Assembly (NCBI GenBank): GCA_000826855.1
Contig: JTLS01000006.1
Span: forward strand, 1-60,574
DNA: 60,574 nucleotides
Direction of reading: 5' to 3'
Source of the DNA: Basidioascus undulatus
Taxonomy: Eukaryota
The notes below the pieces were generated by a model. That model was not told the DNA's origin, made no database searches, and saw nothing but the letters and a program-made list of their open reading frames with translations. Position 1 is the first letter of the stretch. The number at the start of each line of letters is the position of its first letter. This document shows positions 1-12,761 of the stretch, piece after piece. A program made the translations under genes and the position numbers.

Positions 1-25
1 TCTAGCCCCTTCCCTTTGACCAACC

Positions 26-754
26 ATCCCCAAATATACCTCTCCCTCCTCCCAACCCTCCACCCCAAAATCCCTACAACTCCTCTCCCTCTCGCAACTC
101 CTCTCCTCCCTGACCTCCCCAACCCCCTCCGCCGCCGCCGCCCCGCACACCGCGATCCTCGCCGTCTCCACCGGGGGCCACTTGCTAGGTTACCACTCCG
201 TCCCGCCGCCCAGCTCCTCTCCACGGGGGGAGAAGCGCGTGCGCATGCTCGTGGGCGTATCGGCGGCGCTGTGGCGCGAGGAGTGGGCGCGGAGGGGCGA
301 GGAGGTGCTTGATACGGGAGAGGCGGAGGAGGAGGAGGTGGGGTTGATGGTGGAGTGCGAGCTCGGGCGCGTCCTCATCCAGCCTATCCGAGCGGCGCCT
401 CTGCACCCACGAACACAAAGCCGGCCACCGCCTACCCCGCCAGACTCCCCGCCGCTCTCACCATCCCCCGCGTCGCTCCCCGACCCCCCGCCGTTCCTCG
501 CGATCCTCAACTCGACGGACAGCTGCCCGTGGGGGATCTTGCACGCCAAGGTTCGATCTGCCTTCTTTCTTTCTGCACTAGGAGCAGGCGGACTGATGGA
601 TTGTGGGACGTGACGCCAGGCGAAGGCCTTGACCACCCACCTCCAGCACCTCCTCTTCGAAGTGGACCACTCGCTCCTCGCCCTCCCCTCCTCCACCTCG
701 TCCACTACCCGCGCTCCAACGCCCGCAGCCGCATCCAAACCCCTCCCCACCTGA
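26..754 (+). CDS. Ragulator LAMTOR2/Lam2-like Roadblock-domain protein (start codon unresolved, no in-frame AUG before the domain)
   Basis: Frame-2 translation SLQLLSLSQLLSSL..PHTAILAVSTGGHLLGYHS..RMLVGVSAALW..GLMVECELGRVLIQPI..LAILNSTDSCPWGILHAK, then intron 551-619 (GTTCG..CCAG), then AKALTTHLQHLL..*. This parallels LAMTOR2 (GSLLAYS, MDCMEGRV, GFGMLKAKAQAL). TGA at 752-754. Confidence 0.7.
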
Positions 755-2342
755 TTAACCTCTTCCCCTCCCCCTTCTCCTTCCGCCACCTACAAACCCC
801 ACTTTACGATCTACGACCCCACCCCGGACCGGATGTACACGTCTCCCGGATGCCCATCTCTTTCGAGTCTTAACGAACAAGCATTTTTGTATCAATCACT
901 GCATTTCTCCCCCGGGTATCGCTTCATCCACAACTCGCACCATAATGTATTATTACCGCATCTGCACCATTCCGCGCTACTGCTCCAAGGGAGTTCGACT
1001 TGAATGACGGCAGTACTGTCCCGTAAAGGCAGTCCGACCCCCTGACCCATTTGCGTTGGGAGTGTCCGCCCTGACTCCATCGGCCGGCACGGCGGTTTGC
1101 CTCTGGAAGGGCGTACGCGAGATCCTGGCAGCTGGACAGCGATGGTTGCTCTGGATACACGATAAAATCGTGCTGGACAGCTTGGCCTCGCCAGCTGCGT
1201 TATTCAGCTCGTGGGCTTTTCGATCGACGCATTCACATCATACCGTCCGACATGATCCAACAACCAGTTTGTTCACAAGAAAAGTAACAGCAGGGGTGGA
1301 GCTGTTCTCTCAGTGCTGCCAGGGCGGGCTTGACATTCGATGTAGCTCTCTGCTTGTTCCGCTCGCAGCCGTAAGAAACCCTGGTTGTGGAACTTGCCAA
1401 CTCCTCCCACGGCCCATGCTGGACCCTGACAGCGTTCCCACCTTTCACGTAGTAGGTTATTTCAAGGGGGCGTACACATTCTCTTCGAAATCAGTAGTGC
1501 CGAGCAGTCAGTCTTGACGGGCGGCCTTCCTGCTTCTAGTCAGGCTTTCGGCACTTACGCTGAGTATTTTTCTGTGCCTGTAGAGACACTACAGCACAAA
1601 ATCTTTAAACTATCCGATCCAAACTCTATCTGCACCTCCAGCGACTGGCGTCATCGGCAGGCCCCGACCTAGGTGTTGCGATCGCGTTTCGAAGTGTGCA
1701 CATCGACGCTCGTACGTCCCTATGCCTACTTCTCGGTGTGGCGCATCTGGCCCAGGGTCGACGGGCAGTAGAGATGTCGTGTAGATAATTCCTGAGTGAG
1801 AAATTAGCTTGCTTCCCTTCTTGTTGGCGATCTTGGTGGCGTTCACGTTTGCAAAGCGTTCGGGTCCTGTCGTGTCGTCCCTTCAGCGGGTCTCCCAGCT
1901 GCACTTCGTCTATACATACAGCAGACAGCAGTTGGCCGACGTGTGCATTACCTGCTGCCATATCGAAAGGTGTTTGTTCCGAAGGCTTGATATGCTGGAC
2001 AGCGCAATGGACAGCCGAAATTTCCGCTGAGAGCTGGCGGAATAGAGGCACTGGTCGACCCTGCTTCTGACGACTATGCTGGGCGGCTGGCTCTACATCT
2101 AACCAACTGTACATTATTCCTATTAATTCTTCCGCATCCAGTCCTTACTCTTTACACCACAAAACACTCGGTTGAGGCCAGTCTACAACTCGCAACAGCC
2201 GGCGGCAATTTCGCCCTGTGCCTGATGAAGCACGTGCTCCTTATCTGTCCTCAAGGCCAGCGTTCGAGGAGCGTCTTCTCTTGGTCTTCTCTCTTCCTAT
2301 CACCATCCATTCCAGCCCACCGTCTTCCCCAGGACCAACGCG

Positions 2343-2742
2343 ATGCCTCCCCGCTCCCGCAAAGCGCCCAAGCCATCGGCGCCCAAGAAGCCCGTCGCCG
2401 CGCCTGCGGCCCAGGCTCCCGCTGCTGGTCCGTCTGCGTTATACCGATCCCGAGAGGGCGGGACAGACGCTGAGATGCAGAGGATTGTTGGGCGCGGACA
2501 GCGACGAAGCAGGAGCCTGAGGGACCGAAGCTTACTCCTCTCTCTGGTGTACTGGCCATCAGCGCCGCGGGCGGCGTGATAGTTGGGATTCTGTCCCTGT
2601 GCGTCTCTTCCCTCCTCTCCTTCCTCACAATCTCGCACTCACCCTCCCCCACAGCTACATCCCCTACCTCCTCACCCTCCTGCGCTCCCCCTCCGCTCCC
2701 CTTCTCCCTCGCCCATTCCATGCTGCTTTCTCCCCCGCCTGA
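2343..2742 (+). CDS. Short or truncated ORF with basic N-terminus and one hydrophobic segment; probably the 5' remnant of a membrane-protein gene
   Basis: ATG 2343, introns 2428-2480 and 2599-2654 give MPPRSRKAPK..EDCWART..LSGVLAISAAGGVIVGILSLYIPYLLTLLRSP..*; TGA at 2740-2742. Confidence 0.4.
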
Positions 2743-2768
2743 CACATCCCAACCCCCTCCTCTCACAG

Positions 2769-3611
2769 CGCCCAACTCCGACCTCCTCCGTCGGTACGGG
2801 CACGTCGACTACCTCCCCTCCTCGTCGGACCCCGAGTTTCTCGGCAACCAGCACGACCTCGTCGAAGTCCGGGCGGACTTGCTGCTGGCGCATGCGATGC
2901 CGGGGAAGAGCGAGGAGGAGCGCGAGGAGCGAGTGGAGTTTCTGCTTGATGAGGCAGGGGATGAGTGGGTCTCTTCCTTCTTCTCCTCCTTGCCCTCCTT
3001 CCACTTCCTCTTTCTTCTTCTTCCTCCTCAACTTTTTTCCGCTTCGCCGAGCTGATGAGTCCACCCGCGCAGTACATTCACCCTCACCCACCCCGAGCCC
3101 CTCCCGGAGCTGCTGCTCATCGCAGCACAGACCTTCCTCCTCCCGCCCGCGGCATTCCAAAAATCCCGGGGCAAGTCCAAGCTCCCCAAGCCCGTGCTGG
3201 ATGCGCCCGCCGCGCGCGTGCTGCGCGACGTCCTGCAGGCGCGGCTGGGAGAGTACGCGACTGCGCTTGAGGTCCGTCTCCTTCCCCCTCACCCCCTTCC
3301 TTTTCTCTGGGCCAGGCATTGATGATTTCTGGGATGCGGGCAATCAGGATGATCTCAACGCGCTCGAAGCTGGCCCCCCGCCCGTGCACAGCGGGAACCA
3401 GAACAAGTGGAACGCCCTCGTCGTGCGCGTGGGGGAGAAGCGGATCCTTCGCCGCGCGTTGGAGGAGGTGCGTGAGGCACTGGAGGAGCTGGAGGCGGAG
3501 GAGGTGGAGAAGGGGAAGGATGGGGATGGGGATGGAAAGAAGGGCGGGAAGAGGAAGGGCGAGAAATGGGGGGCTGGAGGAGGGGTAGGGAAGAAGACGA
3601 GGGTGTCGTAG
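2769..3611 (+). pseudogene. 3' half of an RKM4/SETD6-type N-lysine methyltransferase (end of SET plus Rubisco-LSMT substrate-binding region), SET core missing
   Basis: Spliced exons read PNSDLLRRYGHVD..GNQHDLVEVRADL..KSKLPKP..RLGEYATALEDDL..NALVVRVGEKRIL..KKTRVS*, typical of the fungal SETD6/Rkm4 C-terminus. No upstream SET exons are visible. Confidence 0.65.
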
Positions 3612-4919
3612 ATGGACGTGGAAGGGCGCAATGGATGGCGCTCTTACCAGTGCATGCCGTTTTATTTGACCACGGACCGTGCGGCTCTTGCGTATGCTCG
3701 AAGCCAGTTTCTCGCGCTGCCGGATCAGCTTTGTGCCTGTTGAGTGCCCCGCGTCGTAAAGTGAGACAGTTTTACTGGACCACAACCCTTTGATATGGGA
3801 TTGACTGCGGGGGTAAAGGTCAAGAAGACCTGCTTCGTCGAGACGTGGACATGCAATGCAAAGTTCTGATTCATCGCACGACGCCGCTGCCAGGCCGCGT
3901 CTTTCCGGTGTCTGGCCAGCAGGCGTTCCCACGGGGTTGGGGTGCGTGTACAACAAGGAGGCGAGCTTAGGTCATGCCTGAGGCACAAAGAGAATTCCCT
4001 TTTTCCCCAAACCGCTAGGATCTTGAACAAAATATTACATCCCTGAGCGTGGAACGCGTCGGCCGCGAGGAGGGTACAGCTGCAGGAGGTTGCGTCGGAG
4101 AAAATAATCTGCCGTCTCCCGTCCCCCAGAGGGGGTTCGAAAATACGAATTTTCCAGGTTCATATTTGTGTTATCGGCCGTGACTTTGCAAGATGAGGCA
4201 GCTGGTCCAGTCAAATCCAGTGGCTCGAAGGTACTATGCCGCTAAGGCGAAACGATGCAAGAAAGCACTGCTGCGACACCCGAAGCTGGAACACGACCAG
4301 AGGACTTGCTGGCGTGTTGCTCACACCATAAAAAAGGAACAAACCATATCTTGTTATTTGAAGTATCTGAAATCTGACAGGCTGCCCGTAACGGTCCACA
4401 ATTGGCGATTTCTGACTGCGACCATTGTGGACCTTCCCTAAGAGTCTGCGAGTCATATACTTTGAGATACGTACTGAAAGCTGAGTTTGCAACCCAAGTC
4501 TGCATTGCTCTGTATCAAGACAACACAACGGTCCGCCCAGGTAAGCGACTGCAGTCTGCACTATGTTGACTGCATCCAGCTGCCGCCGAGCACCCCAATT
4601 GCCGGAGCTTTCACGTCGTGAGTGAACTACAGCCACAGATGTTGATAGGTTAGTAATTTCAAGCTTTGGCCCAGCAAACCTCTTCTCGAGCAAACGAAAT
4701 TCTCGATCAATCTCAGCAAGCGTCCACTTGAACAGGTGCTGCAGCCTAGTCTTCCCGAGCCTCCGCCTCGTTCCCACCCCCCTCCAGGTGCCCTTTCTTC
4801 CCGCCCTTCTTCTTCTTCGCCTTCTTTTTCTTCTTCTTTTTGGCTCCGCCTCGTCCGACATGTCCTCGCTTCTTCCGCTCCTCCTCAATTGGTCCAGGCT
4901 CCTGCCTTTCAGCAGTCCC

Positions 4920-5855
4920 TCACGGCTTCCACTTGTTATTCCCCTCCTCCAGACTCTTCTCCACAGCCACGATCCCCTCGAGCGCGACCTCTGCAAGCTC
5001 TATACCGCACGGCCCCGCAATCCTCCCCGGCGTTGAGCGCAGCCTAAGTCGACAATGTAGGCGTTGAACGCGCTCGCAGAGCGCGTCGATGTGCGCGCGG
5101 CTCGAGCCGGATCGCTTAGGCGACGCGGCGGGGACGCCCACGTAGGACGTGCGAGCTTCGCACTGCTCGAGGAGCGGCAGCGAGCGCGAAAAGAGATCGA
5201 GATGGTAGGCTCGGTGACGGCGGAGCTGCTCTCGGACGGTGCCGAGTTTTTCTTGGACGTCGGCCAGCTCCTGTTTCAGCGCGACGCGATGCTTGTCGAC
5301 CACGCGTAAAGGTCAGCATTCCGCACTCAAAGTTTTTTGAGGACGTGTGCGCGATAGACGATTTTGAACAAGGAAGGAAAGTCGTGGTCCAGGCAGTCGA
5401 GAACGGCGTCGCGGACTTCAGCGGATGCGCCATTCTCCGGCGTCATTTGTTCGATCTGCAAATTGGTACGTCTTGGATTGGTAGGGAAGAAAAGTCAAAA
5501 AAGGGTATGAAGAGCGCACCGCGCGGCTGGCCGTCTTCCTCATTATTGGCTCGCATTTAGGCAAGACGTCGTCAAACGCCTCGTGGAACCCCTCAACGAC
5601 CCGAGCGACTTGAGATAGACGTCGTCTCTCGCGGGCTTGTTGACAGTGGCCAGCGTAGGCAGCGTCGGGACTGACGTCCCAATGCCATTTCGAGGAGGGC
5701 GATCACAGTTTCCTCGGTGGCGGGTTTGAAGCAAAGCATGTGGAGCGCCTTGATGTCTGGACTGCGCCCCCTTTGGAAAGACAGCTTAGCAACATAACAT
5801 CAACATTTGGACTGTAACTCACTAGCTCGGGGAAGGATCGCTCGTAGGCCTGCAT
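4920..5855 (-). pseudogene. Degenerate hypothetical protein gene (helical/coiled-coil)
   Basis: Exon-like blocks MQAYERSFPEL / PDIKALHMLCFKPATEETVIALLEMAL / VVEGFHEAFDDVLPKCEPIMRK / IEQMTPENG..LDHDFPSLFKIVY / VDKHRVALKQELADVQEKL, with some plausible splice sites. Frame changes are needed near 5600-5680; the 3' end is uncertain. Confidence 0.3.
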
Positions 5856-6378
5856 AGGTAACGTAGGGATGGCGGAGTGAGAGCAGCGAGGGCGTGTGGG
5901 GAGGGAAGAAGGGGCATAGACGAGTCGGGAATGAGTGAACTGTCGCAGCCGGAAAGTTTGGGAAGCTGAGGGAGCAACCGCCGTCAACTATGGATTGGTG
6001 CCTGGCAATCTCAATCCAAATAAATACTGCGACAGATACAAATGCGGAAGACACAAACAAATTAATGTATGAGCCCGCATTTGTCTAAAATGGCCGTACT
6101 AGTGGATGTCTGATCTACCAGAAAGACCTTTCATGCCATGGTACTGGAAGTGGCCTACTTGAGATATTAGTTGCGAGCATTCACTATCCGCAAGCATAGG
6201 ACAAGCAAACATGAATTCCGGTCCGTTCAGCAGTTTCACATGGGTATCAATTGAGATGCGACTTTGTGGACGATGCGAGGAGAAATGCAGAAGGAGCGAA
6301 ATGACAATGAGCGATGAGACGAGCGTCCGTAGATGTGTAGGATCAAACAATAAACAAGAAAGTAAAAAAAAGAAAGGC

Positions 6379-8879
6379 CTATGTGCAGACTTGTGGATCG
6401 CCGCCCCTCCCCAGCTTGGATAGGGCTAGAACGGTTGAGAGGACGAGGACAAGCGCGCCGAAGCCGGCGCACGCCCAGGCGAGGAGCTTCTGGCGAGTAT
6501 GCCATGGCCCACCGGCGAGCTTGAGATAGCACGCGGCGGGAAAGATGAACGCTAGGGCGGTGGCGGAACAGCCGCCGGTGATCTGCGGGAGGGCCTAGTG
6601 TTAAGAAGAGGGAGGAAAGATGGTCAGAAGGGGCGAGTATACGTGCCTCGAGCACGACGCCAAGGTCGCAGGTAATTATGGAGACTGCGGAGTCACGAAG
6701 TAAGTAAATGGACGTGGAAGCCATATTCAATTAGGAACGGACTGATCATCGCCGACACGACCAGCGCAGTCGTGAAGAGGAGATGTCGTTGAGGCGAGAA
6801 GGCTTCGTGTGAGAAGTAGAACGTCTCGATGACCTGTCACCCAGCCCGTCAGCTCCATTCAGGCTTCACTTCGTAGGCCTGACGTGACTCACCTCTCGAC
6901 AAACGAACAGCTCCAGCGGCAGCGTGGCGAACCTGTTGGGAAAAAGCTGGTCAGCTGTGGTTCACTTTGTCGGATGAGAGGCACTAACATGTTGAACCCG
7001 AAGCAGAGGCGCGCAATGTTGATGAAAAAGTCGTCGCGCGGGAAGCTGTTGAGGATGTTGCCTTGAGTCTGCAGTTGGGTGTCTGTCAGAAATCGGGCTG
7101 CGATTAATGAGGAGGAAACGTCAGTCGCACCTTGTCCGTGAAAACAAGATAGCCGCTGAGCGACATGACGAGGCATGCTACAAGGGAGAGGCCCGTCGAG
7201 AAGTGCGTGACGATGGAAAAACGGTCCAGCGTAGGCGTCTGCAGAGAACCGTAAAGTAGGAGCACGTTGTGATGCTGCAATCAAGCTGCAAGGTCAGCGG
7301 TGCCTCGTTGAAGCCGAAGCCAGAATGCAGAATGACTGACGCAGACGAAAGCGAACGAGATGACGCCTGTGGCCTCAAAGACGCCTGGCTTAATGATCGA
7401 CCAGCGCTCGCTCGGGTCGCCCTTGAGGTCAGACGACACCTTCGCGCCCTCCCATACAACGGCCGTAACGATGATGATCATGCCGACGACGGCGAGGCTC
7501 GAGGCGCGCGCGAGCTTCTCGATGTCGCGGTAAAGCGAGAGGGGGTACGAGATGCCCAGCGTGCAGATGAAAATTACGAATTGGCGGTCGGTGAGGAGGG
7601 AAAGCACGGGCGTGGTGCGAACGGAGGGGAAGAGAGAGCCGAGCACTTTGGGAATGGTATCGCCGATGATCACTGGATGAGGGCGCGTCGTGAACAGCCG
7701 GCAAGCAATAAGATTGAAAAGGAAGTGACCTGCCACCAAACGCGCACATGCCTTGTCCGGGAAAAAGCAGTCAGTCGCTGACTTGAGCACGAGCACTGAA
7801 ACATTCACTCACCTCCGAACGCGAACGCAAATTGGAAGATGGAGACTGCCGCCCGACCCACAGGACCAAAGCACAGGCTCATGATCTCGATGTAGCTGCT
7901 CCGACCGCTGAGCTTGGCGTTGATGGCTGGGGGATGGGGTCGAGGTGAGGCACGACCCGGTGAGGATTCAAAGAAGCAGAAGTACCGATCAACCGGATGG
8001 TCCAGTCTGTAGCTGCGCAGATCACGACGAGCAGCACAATGCCGGTGACGAGTCCGGCCTGATTCAACGCATAGGGAAGACCTTGAATGGCATGGCGGGT
8101 TCAGAATCGACCTTCGGCAAACGGAGATGGGGAGGACAAGTACCAATGATTCCTGAGTGATGTACATGACTCCCTCCCGCATGAGCCCCTGCCAACCACA
8201 TCCATAGCCCACACTCCACGACCCAGAGTCAAGACGTACCGGCGCCCAATATCGAGTTGGCCATGTTCATCGCGGCCGCCCACAGCGTGCCTCCCTTCTG
8301 CCCCCAGTTCGGCTCCTCACCCTCCCCGCCGCCGTCCATGCGCCGCAGCTCCGCCGCATCCACGCTTGTCCACCGTGCTGATGACTCAAAAAGCCCGACG
8401 AGCAGAGGCATCCTCTGCTCGGTATCCCCTCGATGCAGCCCCTGCGTGCCGAGGTCGGGCGCGTGGTCGTCCAGCTCATCGTCGTCCAGGTCATACGCTG
8501 GCGAATGAACCTCATGTGAAGAGCCAGGCACAAAGGAGCTTGATATACAGGGAAGCGCACCTGCTTCACGACTCGATATGGTGGAGCGCATGGGAAGTGT
8601 AGCGTAGACATCGAGCCGGCTGTGCGAGGAAGACCTCGACAGGTCAGGCGACGAGCCGCCGTCGTGTACGCCGTTCGCCTGCGCCGAGCGTCGCTTAGAA
8701 GCCATGCCAGTGTACCTCGAGAGAGGCGCGTCATCGTCTTCTTCGGCGAAGTCGAACAGCGGCAAGTCTGGTTGTCGGGTCACGGATCTCGAGAGGGGAG
8801 ATGGGGACCTGCTCGAGCTCGAGGGTGCTGGCGCTACTGGAGGGTCCGCATCTCGATAAGGTGGCGGATCGGAAGGCAT
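6379..8879 (-). CDS. AVT2: Vacuolar amino acid transporter, Aa_trans/AAAP family (Avt2/SLC38A11-like), multi-exon
   Basis: Motifs AAMNMANSILGAG, LPYA..QAG, TDWTIRLI..NAKLSGR.SY, FQFAFAFGGMCAF, IIGDTIP, SYPLSLYRDIEKL, GVISFAFVC, QGNILNSFP, CDLGVVLE. ATG at 8879, TAG at 6379-6381. Confidence 0.9.
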
Positions 8880-9125
8880 TCCGCTGTCCGTGAGAATCCC
8901 CAGGAACTTGAATAATAGGACTGGGAATAATGGAGGCAGCTGCCAATAACGGAGCCGTAAGCGGGAGTAGAGACTGACGAGCGGAGGAGACAAGCCGGAG
9001 CAAGCTGCGATACCAGCCGACACTCGCCCGGTTCCTCACTTCTCCTTGACTTCACACCACTCCGTTCCTATCCCTCGCGTCTTTAGTCTCCAACTGACCC
9101 GGTATTCGCCCATTTCGAGGCTTGG

Positions 9126-12100
9126 ATGAAGTCTCTTCTTCATTCATCCCCATCGTGGTTTCGTCGGCGTCCTGCCCTCGCGTACCCGAAGCGCCGCCGC
9201 GACGGTCGGTCAACGCGTCTCGTTCGGCTTTCAGTCACTTCATGCAGAGACTGACAACCGCCGCTCGCATTCTCATTTTATTCGAACAGGCCAGATCGCT
9301 CTCGTCTGCGCTGCTGGCGTTTCCGCGGCGTCGTTTGGTTTCTTCGCTCGTTCCGCCCCGAAAGTTCACTGCGACTCGAGGCCTTCCTCGAAGGTGAAAA
9401 CTCTGACTGCATTGCTCAGCGCACAATGCACTTACTCGGAGAACTCACAGGACGGTGTTCAAGCTGAGAGTGGCGAGGATCTCGGAACGCTCGACGTCAT
9501 CAAATCGACTATTGGCGTCGACGCCGTAGCCAATTGGGCTTCAGACTGGGGCCAGTCTCTCGCGTTATTTCAAGAGTCGGCCAGCACTCTTTGGAATGAG
9601 ATTAACGGGTAACTTACTAATCACTTACCTACATCTTTACTCCATACACGCTGATTCAGCCTGCTTTTTCAGAGGCGAAGGCAGCCTGTTCGACCAGATC
9701 GTCAACGATCCGCCCGACACCGCGCTGCACCCCGAGCTCGCCTGGGACGCGCATGTCCGCCTAGGTGGAAATGAAGAGTTGTGTTTTGCCGAGAATGCGT
9801 TCCTCCGCGACCGGCGGCGGCGGATGGTCAAGGCGTTCGCATATTACCTCGACGTGCCGGAGAGCGAGATGGACGAGCGGGACTTGCCCGTCATCTCCAT
9901 CGCCAGTAGCGGAGGAGGTGAGCTGCTTTGACGCTGCACTAATATCTGCATACCTGACGCAGATCGGTTCGCAGGCTATCGGGCGATGACGAGTACGCTG
10001 GGCGCTCTGCAAGGCGTGCAAAGCTCGGGTCTCCTCGACTGTAGTGCGTGCCTCGTGCCGACGCGTTTCCAGTACATCACTGACATAGCAGTGTAGCAAC
10101 GTACTTAGCCGGTCTCTCGGGATCTTCATGGGCCCTTACAAGCCTGTACGGGGTCGGACACGGCGACGTCGACCGAACCGTCAAGCACATCCGCGACCGG
10201 ATTGTCACGCCTTTCCTCCATCCTTCTTCTCTCGACATTCTCACCTCACCCCCGACCAACAAGGTAGGATTGACTATACGAAGCCAAAGCCAACATCCCG
10301 AACTGAATAATGGACGCAGTACCTGCTCGAAGGCGTCATCCGCAAGGCGACCAGTCCCGGTGCCGAGCTGTCCATGACGGACTTGTACGGAACTTTGGTT
10401 TCTACGCGCATTTTCGTCCCCAAAAATCCGTACGACCTCGACCCGCGCGACCTCAAGCTTTCGCACCATCGCATCCACGTCGACAACGCCTCACTCCCGC
10501 TCCCCATCTACACTTGCGTCCGACACCATATCCCGGAGGAACTCGAGAGCGAGCTCGACGACGTCCGGCGTGAGAAACGGAACGCGTTCATCTCCAACGC
10601 GAGGAGAGACGACCTAGAGACCAAGGCGGAGGGGATCGTCAGCGCCGGTCACTACCAGTGGTTCGAGCAGACGCCGTACGAGTTTGGGTGTGACGAGCTG
10701 GGCGGTGAGTGCCTCATTTGCTTCTGTGCAGTTGTAGTGGCTCATCTGATTCTGGTGGGAACGCAGCTTGGATTCCCACTTGGGCGCTTGGCCGGCGCTT
10801 CGACAAAGGTAGCAGCACATGCCGAGTGGTAGGGACAATGCCCCGTTCCCAACGAAATGCCCTTTGCTGCAAAGGCTGACTACTGTGTGCAACTTTGCAG
10901 CCGGAACTTTCGCTCACGATCCTTGTCGGGTAAGCATTGATGATTCCACTTTGACGATCACAGTCTCTGCTGAAAGTGGCGCTCTCGCAGCATCTACGGG
11001 TATGCTTGTGTAGTGCTCGTTCCCAAAATTATGCAGCTAACGAGTTGAGCTGCAGATCCGCATTCTGCTCTTCGCTATTCAACTACATCCGCGAACTACA
11101 GCCCTTCATCTCGTCGATGCCTTTCTCGGACACGCTCCAGAAGCTCATCTCCGAGCGCGAGAAGAACCTGCAAATCATCCACCCGGTCGCTCCGAATGAG
11201 ATTCCCTCGTTCGTCCGCGGCCTGGAAGACTCGCAGCTACGTCAAGGAGCACCGGCGGGTATGGGAAAGAAGGAGACGCTCGGGCTGATGGTGAGCTAAT
11301 TCGGTGCACTTCGCTCCTGCAGTTGCTGACCTTTCGGGGCATGTTTAGGATGCTGGCGGTACGTGAAGAATGCGTCGGCGGCAGTTTTCCGTGCTGAGTC
11401 TTCACCCGTATCGCAGCTGTTCTCAACATCCCCTATTTCCCGTTGATGCGGAGAAACGTCGACATGATCGTTGCTCTCGACAACTCGGCTGATTCTCACG
11501 TACGTGTCTCACTCGACTCCGACGCGCGTAATTCGAGTCGCTGATTGCTTACTCACTTCAGGAACTGTGGTTTACTCGCGCTGAAGGTGCGAACGCACGA
11601 GTGGCAGTGTCGCTGTCGCGCTGAAATACTGAAAACCCGACTTTCACAGAGCTCGCGGCCAAGCGCGGACTCAAGACGTGGCCTCGGGGCGCCCGCTGGC
11701 CAAAGCAAGTCACAGAAGCTGGCGAGGCTGAGCCGCTGTCCTACCCTGCAAGCTGCCTTCCCTGGATTCCGTCCGCTAAGGGGTCCGCCTCTCCGCCCGC
11801 GAAGTCTTCTCCCGAGGACGCCAACCGCCGGTTGGCCGCGGCGCAGGAGAGCGATGTCCTCGCACAAGCCGAGCGCCAGCGCGAACTCACAAACGGCGAT
11901 GGGCCCGAACCATCGATCTCGCCACCACCGTCGCCCGCATCTTCGAGCCCTGCGCCTTATCCTATGTCTATCTGGATTGGCTCGAGCCAGGAGTCCGAGG
12001 AGTCCAGCGAGGTTGACCCGGACAACATAGACGAAACGCACGCTGCTGTTTCTTCTCTTCGCCGCCCAGAGTGCCCACTGACTGCGTTTCATCCTCAGGG

Positions 12101-12446
12101 AGCTTGCCAAACGGGACGGAATCGCGGTCGTCTATTTACCGCTCGTTGCAAATGAAGCCGCCGTGCCGGACTTTGACCCGGTCGAAGCCTGGTCCACCTG
12201 GCGGTCGGTCTGCCCATCTCTAGCTTCGAATTGACGGAACCTCTCGGGCTGACTCCGCTCTTTGGCAGGTTCGACTACAAGCCGGAGGAGACCGATAAGC
12301 TGCTCAAGCTGTGCGAGGAGAACGTCAAATTCGCAGACCCCAAATTGAAGCGCGTCACGAAGGCCATCTGGAGACGCAAGCGCGATGCACGTTTGGCTAA
12401 GGAGAGGAAGGATAAGATCGCGCACCACAGCGAAGCTTCTTTGTAG
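9126..12446 (+). CDS. Lysophospholipase / cytosolic phospholipase A2-like protein (PLA2_B catalytic domain), multi-exon
   Basis: PVISIASSGGG-YRAM, TYLAGLSGSSW (nucleophile GxSGS), DLYGTLV, LPLPIYTCVRH, QWFEQTPYEFG, LMDAG, NIPYFPLMRRNVDMIVALD. Stop at 12444-12446. Confidence 0.88.
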
Positions 12447-12761
12447 TCTACCGTTATTGAATACACGAGTCACGCACACACGATTGAAGTCAATTGTTCA
12501 ATTTAATTAACAGCGGACTTTCGCGCGCGTAAATAATGATGAAGAGGCGGCTGGATGCTTTGTGTGGCAAAGTGAGCAAAAAGAGTCCTCAAGGGTTACA
12601 GGCGGAAGGGGAATGAAGCGAGAAGGGTTTGCGAAACAAAACAATAATAAGGCGCAAAATGGAATCACAGGAGATAAGCGCGGGAATGAAGCACAATCAA
12701 ACCACAATGCAATAACGAGACCTCCCTTCGGTCCTCTCGTCCGTTTTCCGGCGACCCCCCC

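Noticed and set aside
890..2120. Minus-strand ORFs 924-1160, 1233-1448 and 1626-2114 as a gene or transposon relic
   Set aside because: No recognisable motif, no terminal repeats and no consistent splice model.
3700..4700. Short ORFs such as 4193-4441 (MRQLVQSNPVARRYY..)
   Set aside because: Followed by multiple stops and no family signature; cannot be supported.
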